A DNA stretch of 63,665 bases, the filler included, from Reticulomyxa filosa (lineage: Eukaryota; Protista; Foraminifera): assembly GCA_000512085.1 (NCBI GenBank). It is 15 parts of 15 records of this genome, joined end to end, with 100 filler letters (N's around TTAATTAATTAA, not from the genome) between each part and the next. Parts side by side here need not be neighbours in the genome. Positions count along the whole stretch, not along the records: positions 52,212 to 56,284 come from ASPP01005186.1; positions 56,385 to 58,959 come from ASPP01013257.1; positions 59,060 to 62,048 come from ASPP01012868.1; positions 62,149 to 63,665 come from ASPP01004335.1; 11 more parts are not named here. The stretch is one strand, 5' to 3'. Positions 52,212-63,665 of the stretch are shown here, piece by piece (position 1 is the stretch's first letter; each line of letters opens with the position of its first letter). Made by a program: the position numbers and the translations under genes. Below the pieces are notes generated by a model. It saw nothing but the letters and a program-made list of their open reading frames with translations. It did no database searches and was not told the origin of the DNA.

Positions 52212-54963
52212 CAACAACAGCAACAACAGCAACAACAGCAACAACAACAACAACAACAACAAGACTTGGAAGGGATGGAAGATACCAAAGTCCGAAGTTA
52301 CACCGTTGAAAAGTCCAGATATCCGTATTTGACCAATGCACAAGTCAATCAGATCTTGGCTCAATTGGAACTCCAGCCAGATCGACTTCGAGATATTCAA
52401 TCTGGAGAACCTTCCACCAAAAGTACTTTATTAATAAAAATCTACACGCATAACTTTTTATATTTCAATACATAATACAAATACAAATACAAATACAAAT
52501 ATAAATACATATATTTATATGTATATGTGTATATTATGCTATAACTTACTATAATTATACAATACAAAATACAATGAAAGACTTTCGCCCGGTATGGTCA
52601 TGTGTGCGACCAATTGTTTGCCACAAAAGCAATACCCCTTTTTACGCCCAATGCAGTACATCGAAGCTGGGATATTGCACCTGGTGCAAGAATTTGCGTC
52701 GAGGCAACCAAAAGCAAGGATCAATATGTATCAGCTGTGGAGAGCGATTGACAGCAAAGTATCACCGATGGTTTCCGGAATTGGTGCGACTGGAGCCATT
52801 GGAAAAGACGCGAAACAAAGAGCTGTACCGTCGATACAAGCCGTTGTTGGAAAAGTTTAGCATAACGTGGCAGGATGACAAAGGACTGGACTTTGTGGTG
52901 AATCACTACATGCTATTGAAGATTTGGGTGAGTGACGAAAAGTTTGACATTCGATCATTGCATTTGGAGCGCATTTATATGATTGGAGTATTTGCAGGGC
53001 GTGAGTTTAATACAGGCGCGTTAGCGAGAAAGCTATTGCGAGATGGTTGCAAGTTGGTAATGTTTCGCGCGGATTTTCCGGAATATTTTGAGTACCTGCG
53101 CGACCAACGAGCGGCAGTTGCGGAGCAATTGAACACGCTGTTTTTCGAAGGACAAAAGCCGTGCTATTTCCACGCCCATCACACGAATATCGAGGGTTGG
53201 TATGATCCGTCCTACATTTCGCGAGAGACAATTGTGGACAAGTTTAAAGATTTGTGCAACCAAGTCGTGCAACAAATGGTTCGTCCCGGCGTTGGCATGA
53301 GTGACAGCTCTCCGCGTCGTTCTCATGGCCTTGGCAAGATGAAGAGTAATGAGAGCTTTGGCAGCAGCGGTGGCGAAGGAGTGAGTGGAGGTAACAATAT
53401 CAATGGCAATGGTAATGGTAACAATGGAAATGGAAATGGCAATAACAATAGTAGCAATCGTCGTCATAACAATGACATGCCATTAGAATTAACCGGTTTG
53501 CAATCATCGAAAAAAACTTGATGGTTTCGTCTTCGACTATCAATGGCGGTCTGGCCAACAGTGGGAACATGTTTGGAATGAACTTGAACCCGGTGTCGGG
53601 TATCGGCAACATGTCCGCGCCACCCAACCTACTCAACATGAACATGAACATGCACATGCTGCAGGGGAACACGAACACGTGGCCGACGACGGCGATGACG
53701 ACGACTTCACAAGCCATAAACGGCACGAGCGTTCCTTTGCAAGTGCCGAACTTGATTTCCACTAACACTGGTATGTCACGAACGGGCTCACATATGAATG
53801 GACTTGGCATGGGAATGGTGAATTCAATGTCATCTTTGGTCAATGCCTCGCAGCTCAATTCCATGAATATGAACCATCGCATTGCTCATGACGCAGATTT
53901 GTCGAATCAAATGATGAACATGAACTTGGGTTCCATGGGGCTGCACAACATCACCTCGCCTCCCATGACAGGCAATGTTGGTAACAACAACATGTACTTG
54001 GAACGCAATATTGCCAGCATTGCAAACGACAGCAACACGTCCTCCAATGTGAATAAGAAACTCCATCACAACGGCTCCAGCACCACTGGGATCGACAACA
54101 GCTCGGGACACTCGCGCAAAAGTGATCGCATCCATCTCGTCGATGGCACTTCCGGCTTTGCAAGTTCAAACAGCAAGCTCAGTAACAATGTCAATAATAA
54201 TATTGGCAATAGTAATAATAATAATAATGGTAATAACAATAATAACAATAATAATAATAACATTAACAGTGGAGCCAATGTTCCGTCGATCACACATCCG
54301 GAATTCATTGCTCATCAACCTCCAGGCTTTGGATATGTACCTTCTGACACACTAATGGCTACAAATATGTCGGGATTGTCACGACAAATGTCATCTGGTA
54401 TTTGTTGCAATCTCCTCTCTTTTTTTTTTTTTTAAAAAAAAACAACTTTTCTCACACTTGTTTGTTTGCAAAAAAATGAAATAGGTACAGTATCAATTAA
54501 TCGCACTTTTGGCTACCAAGGACCCAGTCCAAACGATCTCTCTCCACGCATTTTCAACACTGGTCACAACACCTTTGGCTTCAGCAGCACAACCAATCCC
54601 ACCGTGTTTGGAGGAAACTCGATGGCCAATCACTTAGGGGCACCGAACACTGGCATTAGCTATTTCAGTCAAGGCCTAATTTCGCCACCTATTTCGCCGG
54701 ACATGAGCGTTGGCACCAATAAACAATTTCAATTTCCTGTTCAAGCGAACAACGTGACCACAACAAACGTGTCTCAGCCAATTTTAAAAAAACAAAACAA
54801 AAAAAAAAACAACAACTCATTTTATTCCCTCTTTTTTCCCCCCCCCCCCCCCCTTTCCTTCTCCAATCTTCTCTTTTTTTCTTTATTTTGTGATCGATTT
54901 TTGTTTTTGTGCATTACACTTAATCATTTTGGGGAACCACAAGCCAAAATAAAAGCTGTTTGA
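52212..54963 (+). CDS. Uncharacterised protein: polyQ, Cys-containing globular domain, then a long Asn/Met/Gly/Ser-rich disordered tail; 5'-truncated, 3' end uncertain
   Basis: Exon ~52212-52422, intron, ORF 52581-53521 (CTWC...CISC), a 1-nt shift in the A7 run at 53510-53516 into ORF 53518-54397, intron, then an exon from ~54485. Confidence 0.55.
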
Positions 54964-56384
54964 GTTGCTTTTCTTTTCTCTTTTTTTTTTAAACTTCCTT
55001 TTTTTCCGGGTCAAACCTCATTTTTTTTTCCAAACTTTTTGCTGGTTCCTTTTTTTATAGATGAAGGATTCATTGAAAAAAGAGCAGCTTTACCTTTTAA
55101 AACCGTTGTTTTTTTTCCCCGTTGTTTTTTCCCCTTTTTGGATGTTGTGGTTTTTCTGACAATTGCTAATTGGAGTTTTTCAATTTGTTTTTTGCTGTTT
55201 GGCGTTTTGGAACATTCAATTTTTCATGAATTAAATGAGTGTGGAATGAATGAAACTTGAATGACCTTCCTTTTAACATTTTTTTTAAATCAAGCATGTT
55301 TTTGTCTGTGAACTGAAGGTCATGCATTTGTGTTTTTTTAGAACGTGAGGTTGTTTGAAAAGTAATCACAGCAAAAAAAACATACAAATGAATTTTGGAT
55401 TTCAATATTCGTAATGCCTGAGATCTGTTGCTGGGATTCAAAAATCGAATACTTTCTTCATAAGAAAACAGCAACAAAAAGACATGAACATTCTAATTAT
55501 TTTCTCACAGTACATAGGTGTTGTATACGTGTCTTATGAAAAATTTGTTGGAAGCATTAAAACTATTGTTTTAAACAAAGAACGGCACATTAAATCTATC
55601 TGAATTATTGCCAACTTAAAACAATGAAAGAACAAGGAAAAAAAAGACTTATTGGATCTTTAGTTTTGTATATTTCACCCGGAAATTCGCACATTAAATA
55701 TTTTTCGTGTTTAATTTTTTCGCACATTTAAATTGATCATCAAATATGATCTTTGTAACTTTTTTCAAAAAAAAAGTAAAATGTTTTTTTTGCCATTAGA
55801 TAATATCGACCACTGAAGGAAATGATGATAATATGAAATTTGTGCAAAAAGCAAACTACTTAATGTAAAAAAGAAAGAATTTTCAAACAAACGATTGTCA
55901 ACAAAGAATTGACATATTTAGATTTAATTTTAAAATGAATATTATACAATTAAAGTATTACAAACAACTTTTACTTTTGCTGAAAGAGAATTGGACAACT
56001 CTTGTTATAAAAACTTTTTAACAAATAAAATTGTCAATTTGTTGCAACAAAGTGTGCAAGCCATTTACAGTAACACCAATAAATCACGTTAGTATTTTTA
56101 ATAAATTATTATAATGACGTGTGCAAGTACATAATTTTTTTTAAATAACATTTCAAAAATGCTTACATGTAGTTTTTTCGTTTTATTTTAAAAAAAAATA
56201 TTTTTAATCTCTTTCGGACTAGGAAAGGGATATTTTTTGATCTTCGGATACACTTCTTAAAAAAATACTAGAATACAATTCTTANNNNNNNNNNNNNNNN
56301 NNNNNNNNNNNNNNNNNNNNNNNNNNNNTTAATTAATTAANNNNNNNNNNNNNNNNNNNNNNNNNNNNNNNNNNNNNNNNNNNN

Positions 56385-57219
56385 GGGAACATTTTGGGGT
56401 TGCTTGTTTTGTAAGGACTGAATGATAAGCTTCTTTTTATCGTCATTTTCGCCGTATTTGTAGAGCAACAGTAGTGGAGGTTTGCACAGTTGATTGGAAT
56501 GATTCGATTGAGTTGTCTCCAATGTGGTCGGCTCACTACTGCTTGCAAAGCGTAACTCGTCCAATTGGTGCAGCAATTTTTTTATTAATTTTTTTTTCAT
56601 TTTTTTTATTGCATGTTGTTTCTTTCTTTGTTTGTGTTTCCTTTTTTTGCTCACTTTTTTATTGCTTCTGATCGCCATTTTGGTTTTGGTTTTTGTTCTT
56701 GTTTTGGATCTCATCTCCTCTTTTTTTCGTTCCTTGTCTCTTCCCAGATTGTTTCTTTGTCTTTTTTTTATCTCTTCTTTTTTTTTGTCTTTTTATTTCG
56801 AGCGATGATATGTCTTTATTCATTGCATTTTCATTCCCATTCACATTTGAGTAACATTCTTCATCCTTGTATTTTTGCTTTTGCTTTTGTTTCTGTTTTT
56901 GTTTGCAAGTGTGAGCTTTATTGTCATTGTCATCATGGTCATAATGCCTCTTTCTGTGCTTATGCTTGTGCTCTCCTTTGTGTTCGGCGTGAAATTGCTC
57001 TACAGATGACTCTTCTATGGTTCCTCTTCGCTTTTTTTCTTTCCTTTTTGATTGCTCTGTCGCGACATATTGTCTCATGTCTTCTGTCGTTTCCAGTTTT
57101 TCAGTATCGTTTTCAGCTAATGGTCTCGCAATTATTTCACCATCTCTTACACTTTCACTCAAACTCGCTTCGGGAGAATTTGTGAATTTCTGTTCACAGA
57201 CGGCACAATTTTGACCCAT
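56385..57219 (-). CDS. Lys/Gln-rich low-complexity protein starting MGQNC (possible myristoyl/palmitoyl anchor); truncated
   Basis: 186-aa ORF continued in another frame; composition only. Confidence 0.4.
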
Positions 57220-57506
57220 TTCATATGTGAGTTTTGCTTTTTCAAAAAAATATTTTTTTAACTTAAAAAAAAAAAAGCTTTTTGTTTCATTGCATTAATA
57301 TATTTTATCACCGTTCCAACTTAAATCAATTTTCCTCATTGCTTTTTTGAAATTTTTGATTGTTTTTTTAACAACAGAAAACAACAAAGTGTGTGCATGA
57401 AGATCAAGACAAAGAGACGATCGAAACGACTTGTAACGTTTTGTGTTTCACGTTTGACAACTTTTTGCTTTATTCCCCTTTTGCTTCTAACTTTCACGAC
57501 GAAAAG

Positions 57507-58959
57507 ATGTCAGTAATTGTACCGCTACTTAATCAGAGCTATTGGTACAATTATGTTTTTTCAGCAGATTATGAGAAAGAGCATCCTTTAAGTAGTCTTC
57601 CTTTTACCACTCCAAGGTTGAAAAGAGGGGGTTTTGGTGTTTTACACGATGTGCAGACCGCTCTGCACATTTTTTTGAAAAACACGCACTCATGTATATA
57701 CAAACATAATAATGGCACAGCAGTAGCGAACTTGTTTGTGTATTTGCATTGTGTCATTATTGGATTGTGTTGGTCTCATATGTTTGTTGTTTGTGTTTGT
57801 ATGTATGCAAATGTTTATTACATAAGTGAGCGTCTCAAATTATTTCCAAAAAAAAAAAAAACATAAACAAACAAATTACGCGCATTGATGTTAGTTCACT
57901 ATATTGGCGTACATTATGTTATGAGCTGAGCAAATTGGAATTGGGAAGAGAGTTAAAAAGTGAAACCGACCGCAAAATATACCGAGTCGGGCTGTTGTTC
58001 CTTAGCAGTCAAATGGACGAGTACTATAAGAATATGTTGTGGGAACGCTGTTGTCAGCACCGCGAGGCAAATGCATTGCACGTGACGGACGAGCAAGGTA
58101 GAAAAGAGCCGATGATGATGATGATGATGATGGCGACGACAGGGGCAACAACAGCAGCAACAACAGCAGCAACAACAGCAACAACAACAGCAACAACAAC
58201 AACAACAACAACAAAAGCAACAACTGCAGCGACAGAGACAAAGATAAAGACAAACACAAACACAAACACAAACACAGAGATAGACACAACGACAACAGTA
58301 GTGACAACGACGGCAGCAAAGGTAATGAGCAGTGATGAAAATCACAAAAAGCAGCCCTTGGGCTTAGGGGAGACAGGGAGCAGTTCGACGGAAACGAGCG
58401 ACCCAACAGAGTTTGACAAAGCACTTGCGATAAACGTAAAAAAAACGTGGAAAGAGTTTCTAAGCACTCGAAAGCCCATCACCGGCTTTTTCAGTGACCT
58501 CTCACGAAAACGAACCACAACCACAATTGCAAATACAACCACTAATACAAATATAGCCACTAATGCAAATACAACCACAACCGCAAATGTCATAAATGCC
58601 ATCACTACCGTCCACAAAGTGTCCCCCAACGACTTTCCCATGACCAACTTGGCAAAGATGGTCGGACATGAGATTGATCTTACTGCCGCTACGATTGCTA
58701 ATACTACGAATACCACTGCTATTGCTACTGATAATGCTGCTAATGCTGGCGTCATTGCCAGCGATGGAACATATGCTCCGCAACGACGAACACACAAAAC
58801 CAACCCCAATCTCACTCACTTGTCCGAACAGAGCGGGAGGACTTTTCCACATCAACTCGACAATCATGTCTTATCTGTGCCAACGGATATTCGATTGGAT
58901 GTATCGTGTATACTTAATGGCCCCTTATTGTTTAAAAAAAAAAAAAAAAAAAAGGGGTT
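57507..58959 (+). CDS. Uncharacterised Thr/Ala/Asn-repeat protein, divergently transcribed from the previous gene; truncated
   Basis: Short first exon MSVIVPLLNQSYW..., intron, then a 358-aa frame containing (ATG)n, (ACA/GCA)n and (ACAAAC)n repeats. Confidence 0.4.
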
Positions 58960-59119
58960 NNNNNNNNNNNNNNNNNNNNNNNNNNNNNNNNNNNNNNNNN
59001 NNNTTAATTAATTAANNNNNNNNNNNNNNNNNNNNNNNNNNNNNNNNNNNNNNNNNNNNATACATATTTTTTTTTTTTTTTTTGGATTGATGGCCAAATG
59101 TGCTTGTACGTATATATAC

Positions 59120-59977
59120 GTAAAAAAAAAGTGGAAATATAAGTATTGTCCTCCTTCTTCATCCGTCGCTGAACTTTGCTGAAACAGTTGAATGCCGGAA
59201 TGATAACAGATTGCTAAGTGATCGGCCGAAGGCGAATAGCAAACCTGTAAGACGTGAACCACTTCTTTGGAATAAGAGACCTGTTGGATGGAGGTGTTGG
59301 TGTCCCACTGCCAAACACCCAAATACCAGTCGGGAGTACCAGACTGAATTGCAAGCCAGCCGTTTCTAGAAAAACTCAACGAAACAATATCTTTTGAACG
59401 TACTGTCGATGGCATTGAAATCACTTTTTTTTTACGTAATGCTTGGGTGTCATAAATTGTTATTGACGGTTGTTGTCCACGTTCAGCTACTGCCAAGTTT
59501 CTTTTTTTTTTTTGTTTTTTTGTTTTTTTTTTTTGAAAATTTTTAATCACAAGTTTTGTTGGACTTTCTTGCACATTGAGCAAGAGAGTGCAAAAGTTTG
59601 CTGAGAAAGATTTTTTTCTTGTTGTTTAGACTTGCAAGAAAAATCGAGAGCAATTGCACTAATTTCGGTGTAACAAAAGTCTTCATCTTTGCAAAGCTGA
59701 GTTGCAGAGATGAAACGTTGCGAATGTTCAGTGATATTGTAAAAAACAATACTTCGACCGGCTGCATAAATGAGCGTTGTCTCGTCCAAAAACAAAATAT
59801 TCCCCAAAAAATTTGAATTCAATCCGAATGTATGTCTGTCAAGTGTTCCGTTTAATTTTATTTGTTTTGGATGAGAATAACACACAAAATAACAACAAAT
59901 TAATATGATTTGAATTGCAATAGTATCCGTGAAAAGATGGAGTCTTACCTTGGAACAAGAACTGGAACACTTGCCAT
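59120..59977 (-). CDS. CFAP57: Cilia- and flagella-associated protein 57 (WDR65/FAP57), N-terminal WD40 part; truncated
   Basis: Spliced MASVPVLVPR|HTFGLNSNFLGNILFLDETTLIYAAGRSIVFYNITEHSQRFI...LAVAERGQQPSITIYD..LRKKKVI..IVSLSFS..GTPDWYLGVWQW parallels the CFAP57 N-terminus. Confidence 0.8.
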
Positions 59978-60394
59978 TCTTTTCCCTTGTCTTGTTTTCG
60001 CACAAGATTCCTAAACAAGGAAAAACTGTTTCCCCAATCGAATAACAAAATTGAACAAATTTTTATTATGAGTGAGTTTGTACGTGTTTTCACAATGTAA
60101 TAGGTTTTGATGAATGTACGAGTTCTTGTCAGTTTTTAATTGTAAAATATTAAAAATAATTGGAAAAAAGAAAAATGTCTTAGTTTGAGTGATAATGCAG
60201 ATAAAAAAAATAAGCGAAGGAATGACGCAACTATAGCTCCCACATTATTAAAAAAAGGTGTAGGAACTTGACTCAACTAAGAAATGATAGTAATTTATTT
60301 GATAAACAAAAAACGATCAAAATATTGTTGAACTCTTAATCTTATCAAAATCCAAAAGACAGAGAGAGAGAGAGAACATGAGAAATGTATTTAA

Positions 60395-61066
60395 TTAATC
60401 TGCCATTTCAAGATTCCTCTTAGAAGATAGAGGAGATTTTGCAGTTGCGCATAACTGAATGTGAAGAGCCTGACGAGTGGAGACACGTTGGTCTGCATCA
60501 TCCGACTTTGCGACTTGGAATTGGACATAGTAAGATCGTCCTTTGCGATGGATGAGTCTCTCTAAGAAGTCTCCAGGGACAATATCTTTCGCTTTGAAGA
60601 GTATTTGGAAGTATAATTTATCTCGTGGAGCTTCCACCTTATTTATCAAAGTTGCATACATTGCAAACAAAGTATAAGTATATATTGCACGTACATGCAT
60701 GTACAAATAGAAGAGTGAGGAAAAAAAAAAAAAAAATATACATATATATGTGTGCAAAAGAGTAAACTTCAATGACACCAACGCCTTCGTTGGGTCTAAA
60801 AAGGGCGACCCAGCCCGTGGCCAGCTGTCCGTCGAGAGTAAGTGGACACTCAGTTCTTTTGAGATGGCTGCGTTTCCACAGATAAAAGCCGTGTTTCTCT
60901 CGTTCGATGACAATGGTTCTCCCTTGAGGAGCAGTGACATTGAATCCCCTCTGTGGCATGTCTTTTTGTTTCGGATGCACACTGAACTCGACCAAGTCTC
61001 CGAAGCGCATCAAGCCCCATCGTGTGGTCTTCTTGTCCAAGAAAAAAAAAAAACAGCAAATGTAAA

Positions 61067-61116
<50 letters not shown>

Positions 61117-61908
61117 TACATGAATATCTCTAGCATCGACAACAACAGGAGCAAAGCCCGCAGTGACTGGGAGTATACGATAAAGTAACGTGCGATCAGT
61201 GGAAAGTGTTTTCACAGAGTCGATGACTCCCAAGTATCGCTTGGTCGTGTCCGTGGCATCCAACACTTGTGTGCGTTGATGAAGCGGAACAAAGTGGTTT
61301 GCAAAGTGGTAGTTGAGCACGTGCTGTCCGGGCGCTGTGACGTGCGTAGCACAGACTCCGATTTGGGGTGATTTGGTCTCCACGTTGAACTCCACTTTGG
61401 AAAAGCGTCGCAACGCACGCTTGCCAAACATGTGGCATTCGTCCATGTGCACTTTGATCATTTGCTGTCTTTCGTCGTTGTCACTCACTATAAGTCCTAG
61501 CAAACGCGCAGGATTAAAGTCCACCACGATGCCGCTCTCGCGACGACCTTGCACGTCTGTGGGGAGTTCCACTTTGCTCGCTCGAGATTTGTACTTCTCT
61601 CCCAGTTCACGGCGACGATTTCGAGACTCCTCGTTCGGGCCTAGTGTTATCAGTCCGCCGTTTGGACGAGTGACCTTGTCACACAATTTCACAACAAAGA
61701 TATGTCCACAAATGTGTGGGGGTTTTTACGTACCAAAAAAAAAAAAGGGGGGGGGGGAAGGGATCATTATCACACACACACACACACACACACTATTCAA
61801 AATTTATACACGTGCAAAGTTCTAAACAAAAAATGCCTGGTCCACCATCGTACCAGGACGAACGAAAAATTCCACGTGGGCACCAAGTGGTAAAGGGTGT
61901 GAGTATGC
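60395..61908 (-). CDS. Multi-cold-shock-domain (OB-fold) protein with at least 4 degenerate CSDs; 5'-truncated
   Basis: GAHVEFFV...AFF|VTRPNGG; GIVVDFNPARLLGLI..IKVHM..VEFNV..ATHVTAPG; GDLVEFSV..FNVTAPQG; GWVALFRPNEGVGVIE..VQFQV. Confidence 0.65.
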
Positions 61909-62148
61909 TGTCGACTTTTTTTTTTTTTTTTTTGCATATATGCATATATGCATATATGTATATGTTATGTAAAAATATATCATTTAATCCAACTTTTTAT
62001 TCATTTATTATTATTATTATTTTTTTTTTTTTTAAAAAAAAAAAAAAANNNNNNNNNNNNNNNNNNNNNNNNNNNNNNNNNNNNNNNNNNNNTTAATTAA
62101 TTAANNNNNNNNNNNNNNNNNNNNNNNNNNNNNNNNNNNNNNNNNNNN

Positions 62149-63665
62149 ATTGCAGTGAATCTAAATGGAAGATATTTCGATGATGTTTTTCAATGTTTGA
62201 CAAATGGATTAAAAGATGGTGATTATGTTATTCGATACCCATGTGTACAATCACTTGGTAACACTTTCAAAGAAATGGGATGATAAACAATTGGATATTA
62301 CTTTTCAATGTTTGATTGATGGATTTGAAAATAAAAATGGATAAGATTGTTATACATCCAGATATTTACTTGAAGGAATTGAAATGAAATTGAAATGAAA
62401 TACAAATCGATTTTGTTCTCACATGTTTGATCAATGGATTCAAAGGTAACACGATGAAGAGAATCGAGAATTGTATGCAGAATCAATTGGAATTCTTTCA
62501 ATAAAATTAAAGAAAAAGCAATTGGATGATGTTTTCGAATGTTTGAAAGGATTAAAATATGAAAATGAGTGTATTCGTGCATTATGTAGATCACTTGAAA
62601 CAATTTCAACTAAATTGAATCAAACACAATTTGATAGAGTTTTCACTGCTTTCATTGATGGATTAGAAGATAAATTTAACTGGCATCATAGATCATGTAA
62701 AAAAATCGCTTGGTATCATTGCAACAAAAGCGAATGAGAAACAACTGGAAAAGAGTTGTCAATTGCTTTGATAAGTGGATTAACAGATGAAAATGAATTT
62801 GTTTGTAATTCATATGCAAAATTACTTGGAGTAATTTCAACGAATTTGACTGATAAACAACTGGAAGGAATTGTCAATGCTTTGAAAAACAATCGGAGAG
62901 GATTTCGACGCTTTGATATTTGTTTCCAAACAATCAATGGATACAGGCAACTACGAAGATAAAGAGAGACGATTGGTGGAATTACTTAAATTAATATCAA
63001 CGAAATTGAATGACAAACAATTGTATTTGTTGGTGATATATTTGTTGGAAAGAGCGGAAAAGGGATGTATATATTATGTTCAAAATGAATTATCAAGAAT
63101 ATATCCGAAGATATGTGGAAACGTGCAACAATTTGTGGATTGAAAGAAAATATTGAAATGAAACATGAAAATACATTGATGAACAAACACAATTCAAATC
63201 ATCGTATTTATAAAACGGCCAACAACACGGACATTCAATTATTGGTATTTGGTTTGATGACATTCAATCCACGTATTCAATTGAGCTGTGATTATTAATA
63301 ATACCAATTTCGATGCTTTGAATGAGTTAATTAGATATTGTGATGAACAAGCCATTGAATGGGAATTCCCAACTCATCAATTAAAGTGGAGTAATAGTAA
63401 TATTGGATATCCTTGTTTGAATAATGAAATCGAAGAAATTTGTAATGATGAGAATGAATACAAAGGATGCTACACAGTTGTCCATGAAGCAGCAAAAATC
63501 AGGAGACTTGTCACAATTCAAATTGATATTGCAAAATCATCCAGATATTAACATCAATGATTCATGTAATGAACATCGACAAACTCCATTGCATTTGTCA
63601 ATCAATCATCAGCATTGGGATATTGCTTGTTATTGCATTGAACAAGGTGCATATATTGCTGTCAA
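62149..63665 (+). pseudogene. HEAT-repeat plus C-terminal ankyrin-repeat gene with many frameshifts
   Basis: Repeats LSIKLKKKQLDDVFECLKGL, ISTKLNQTQFDRVFTAFIDGLED and ISTNLTDKQLEGIVNAL. The end reads TVVHEAAK/SGDLSQFKLIL...QTPLHLSINHQHWDIACYCIEQG. Several frame breaks. Confidence 0.72.

Noticed and set aside
52594-52860. Overlapping 88-aa alternative-frame ORF as a dual-coding region
   Set aside because: Short, lies in a GC-richer exon where stop-free alternative frames are expected, and has no recognisable motif.
53505-53521. Programmed -1 frameshift at TCG AAA AAA ACT TGA
   Set aside because: The A AAA AAC heptamer is not in the required frame. One extra A restores the ORF, and the same A-run undercall appears at ~14575 and ~14092, so homopolymer error is more likely. 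Reads would settle it.
57953-58424. Poly-Cys, poly-Leu and poly-Val ORFs on the minus strand
   Set aside because: Antisense shadows of the (ACA/GCA)n Thr/Ala repeats. The same applies to antisense ORFs over AATF, the WD40 genes and the Asn-rich genes.

Overview
AT-rich, intron-containing eukaryotic nuclear DNA using the standard genetic code. The window is 15 short contigs joined by artificial 100-bp linkers (N44-TTAATTAATTAA-N44), so gene neighbourhoods mean nothing across linkers. The expanded Kelch, WD40 and HEAT families, microsatellite-filled introns and many pseudogenes suggest a foraminiferan such as Reticulomyxa filosa; this is recognition from memory, not a database result. Conventional genes: U2SURP-like, AATF/Bfr2, a kinesin, EHD, an EGLN/PHD-type prolyl hydroxylase, an Rh transporter, Ap4A phosphorylase, HslU, sideroflexin, a CaMK, a PAC2-family chaperone, an atypical TxH MAPK and CFAP57. 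Also present: a decayed CRE-type retrotransposon and several pseudogenes. Best candidate for an undescribed system: a ~34-aa module (K.EIK.I.QYW.R.LKIKLGWI.DFD.II.KY) on its own phase-0 exon, found six times, C-terminal to Kelch propellers and N-terminal to WD40 propellers. The Kelch scaffolds are conserved while their blade loops vary strongly, consistent with an exon-shuffled, immune-like repertoire of ubiquitin-ligase substrate receptors. Other leads: an F-box-like motif plus an inserted domain in the PHD enzyme, a poly-LOTUS protein, A-tract self-complementary introns, three structured non-coding islands, an archaeal-style HbYX proteasome chaperone, and a kinesin with a rewired microtubule-binding face. 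Exon coordinates were derived by hand and may be off by a few bases.
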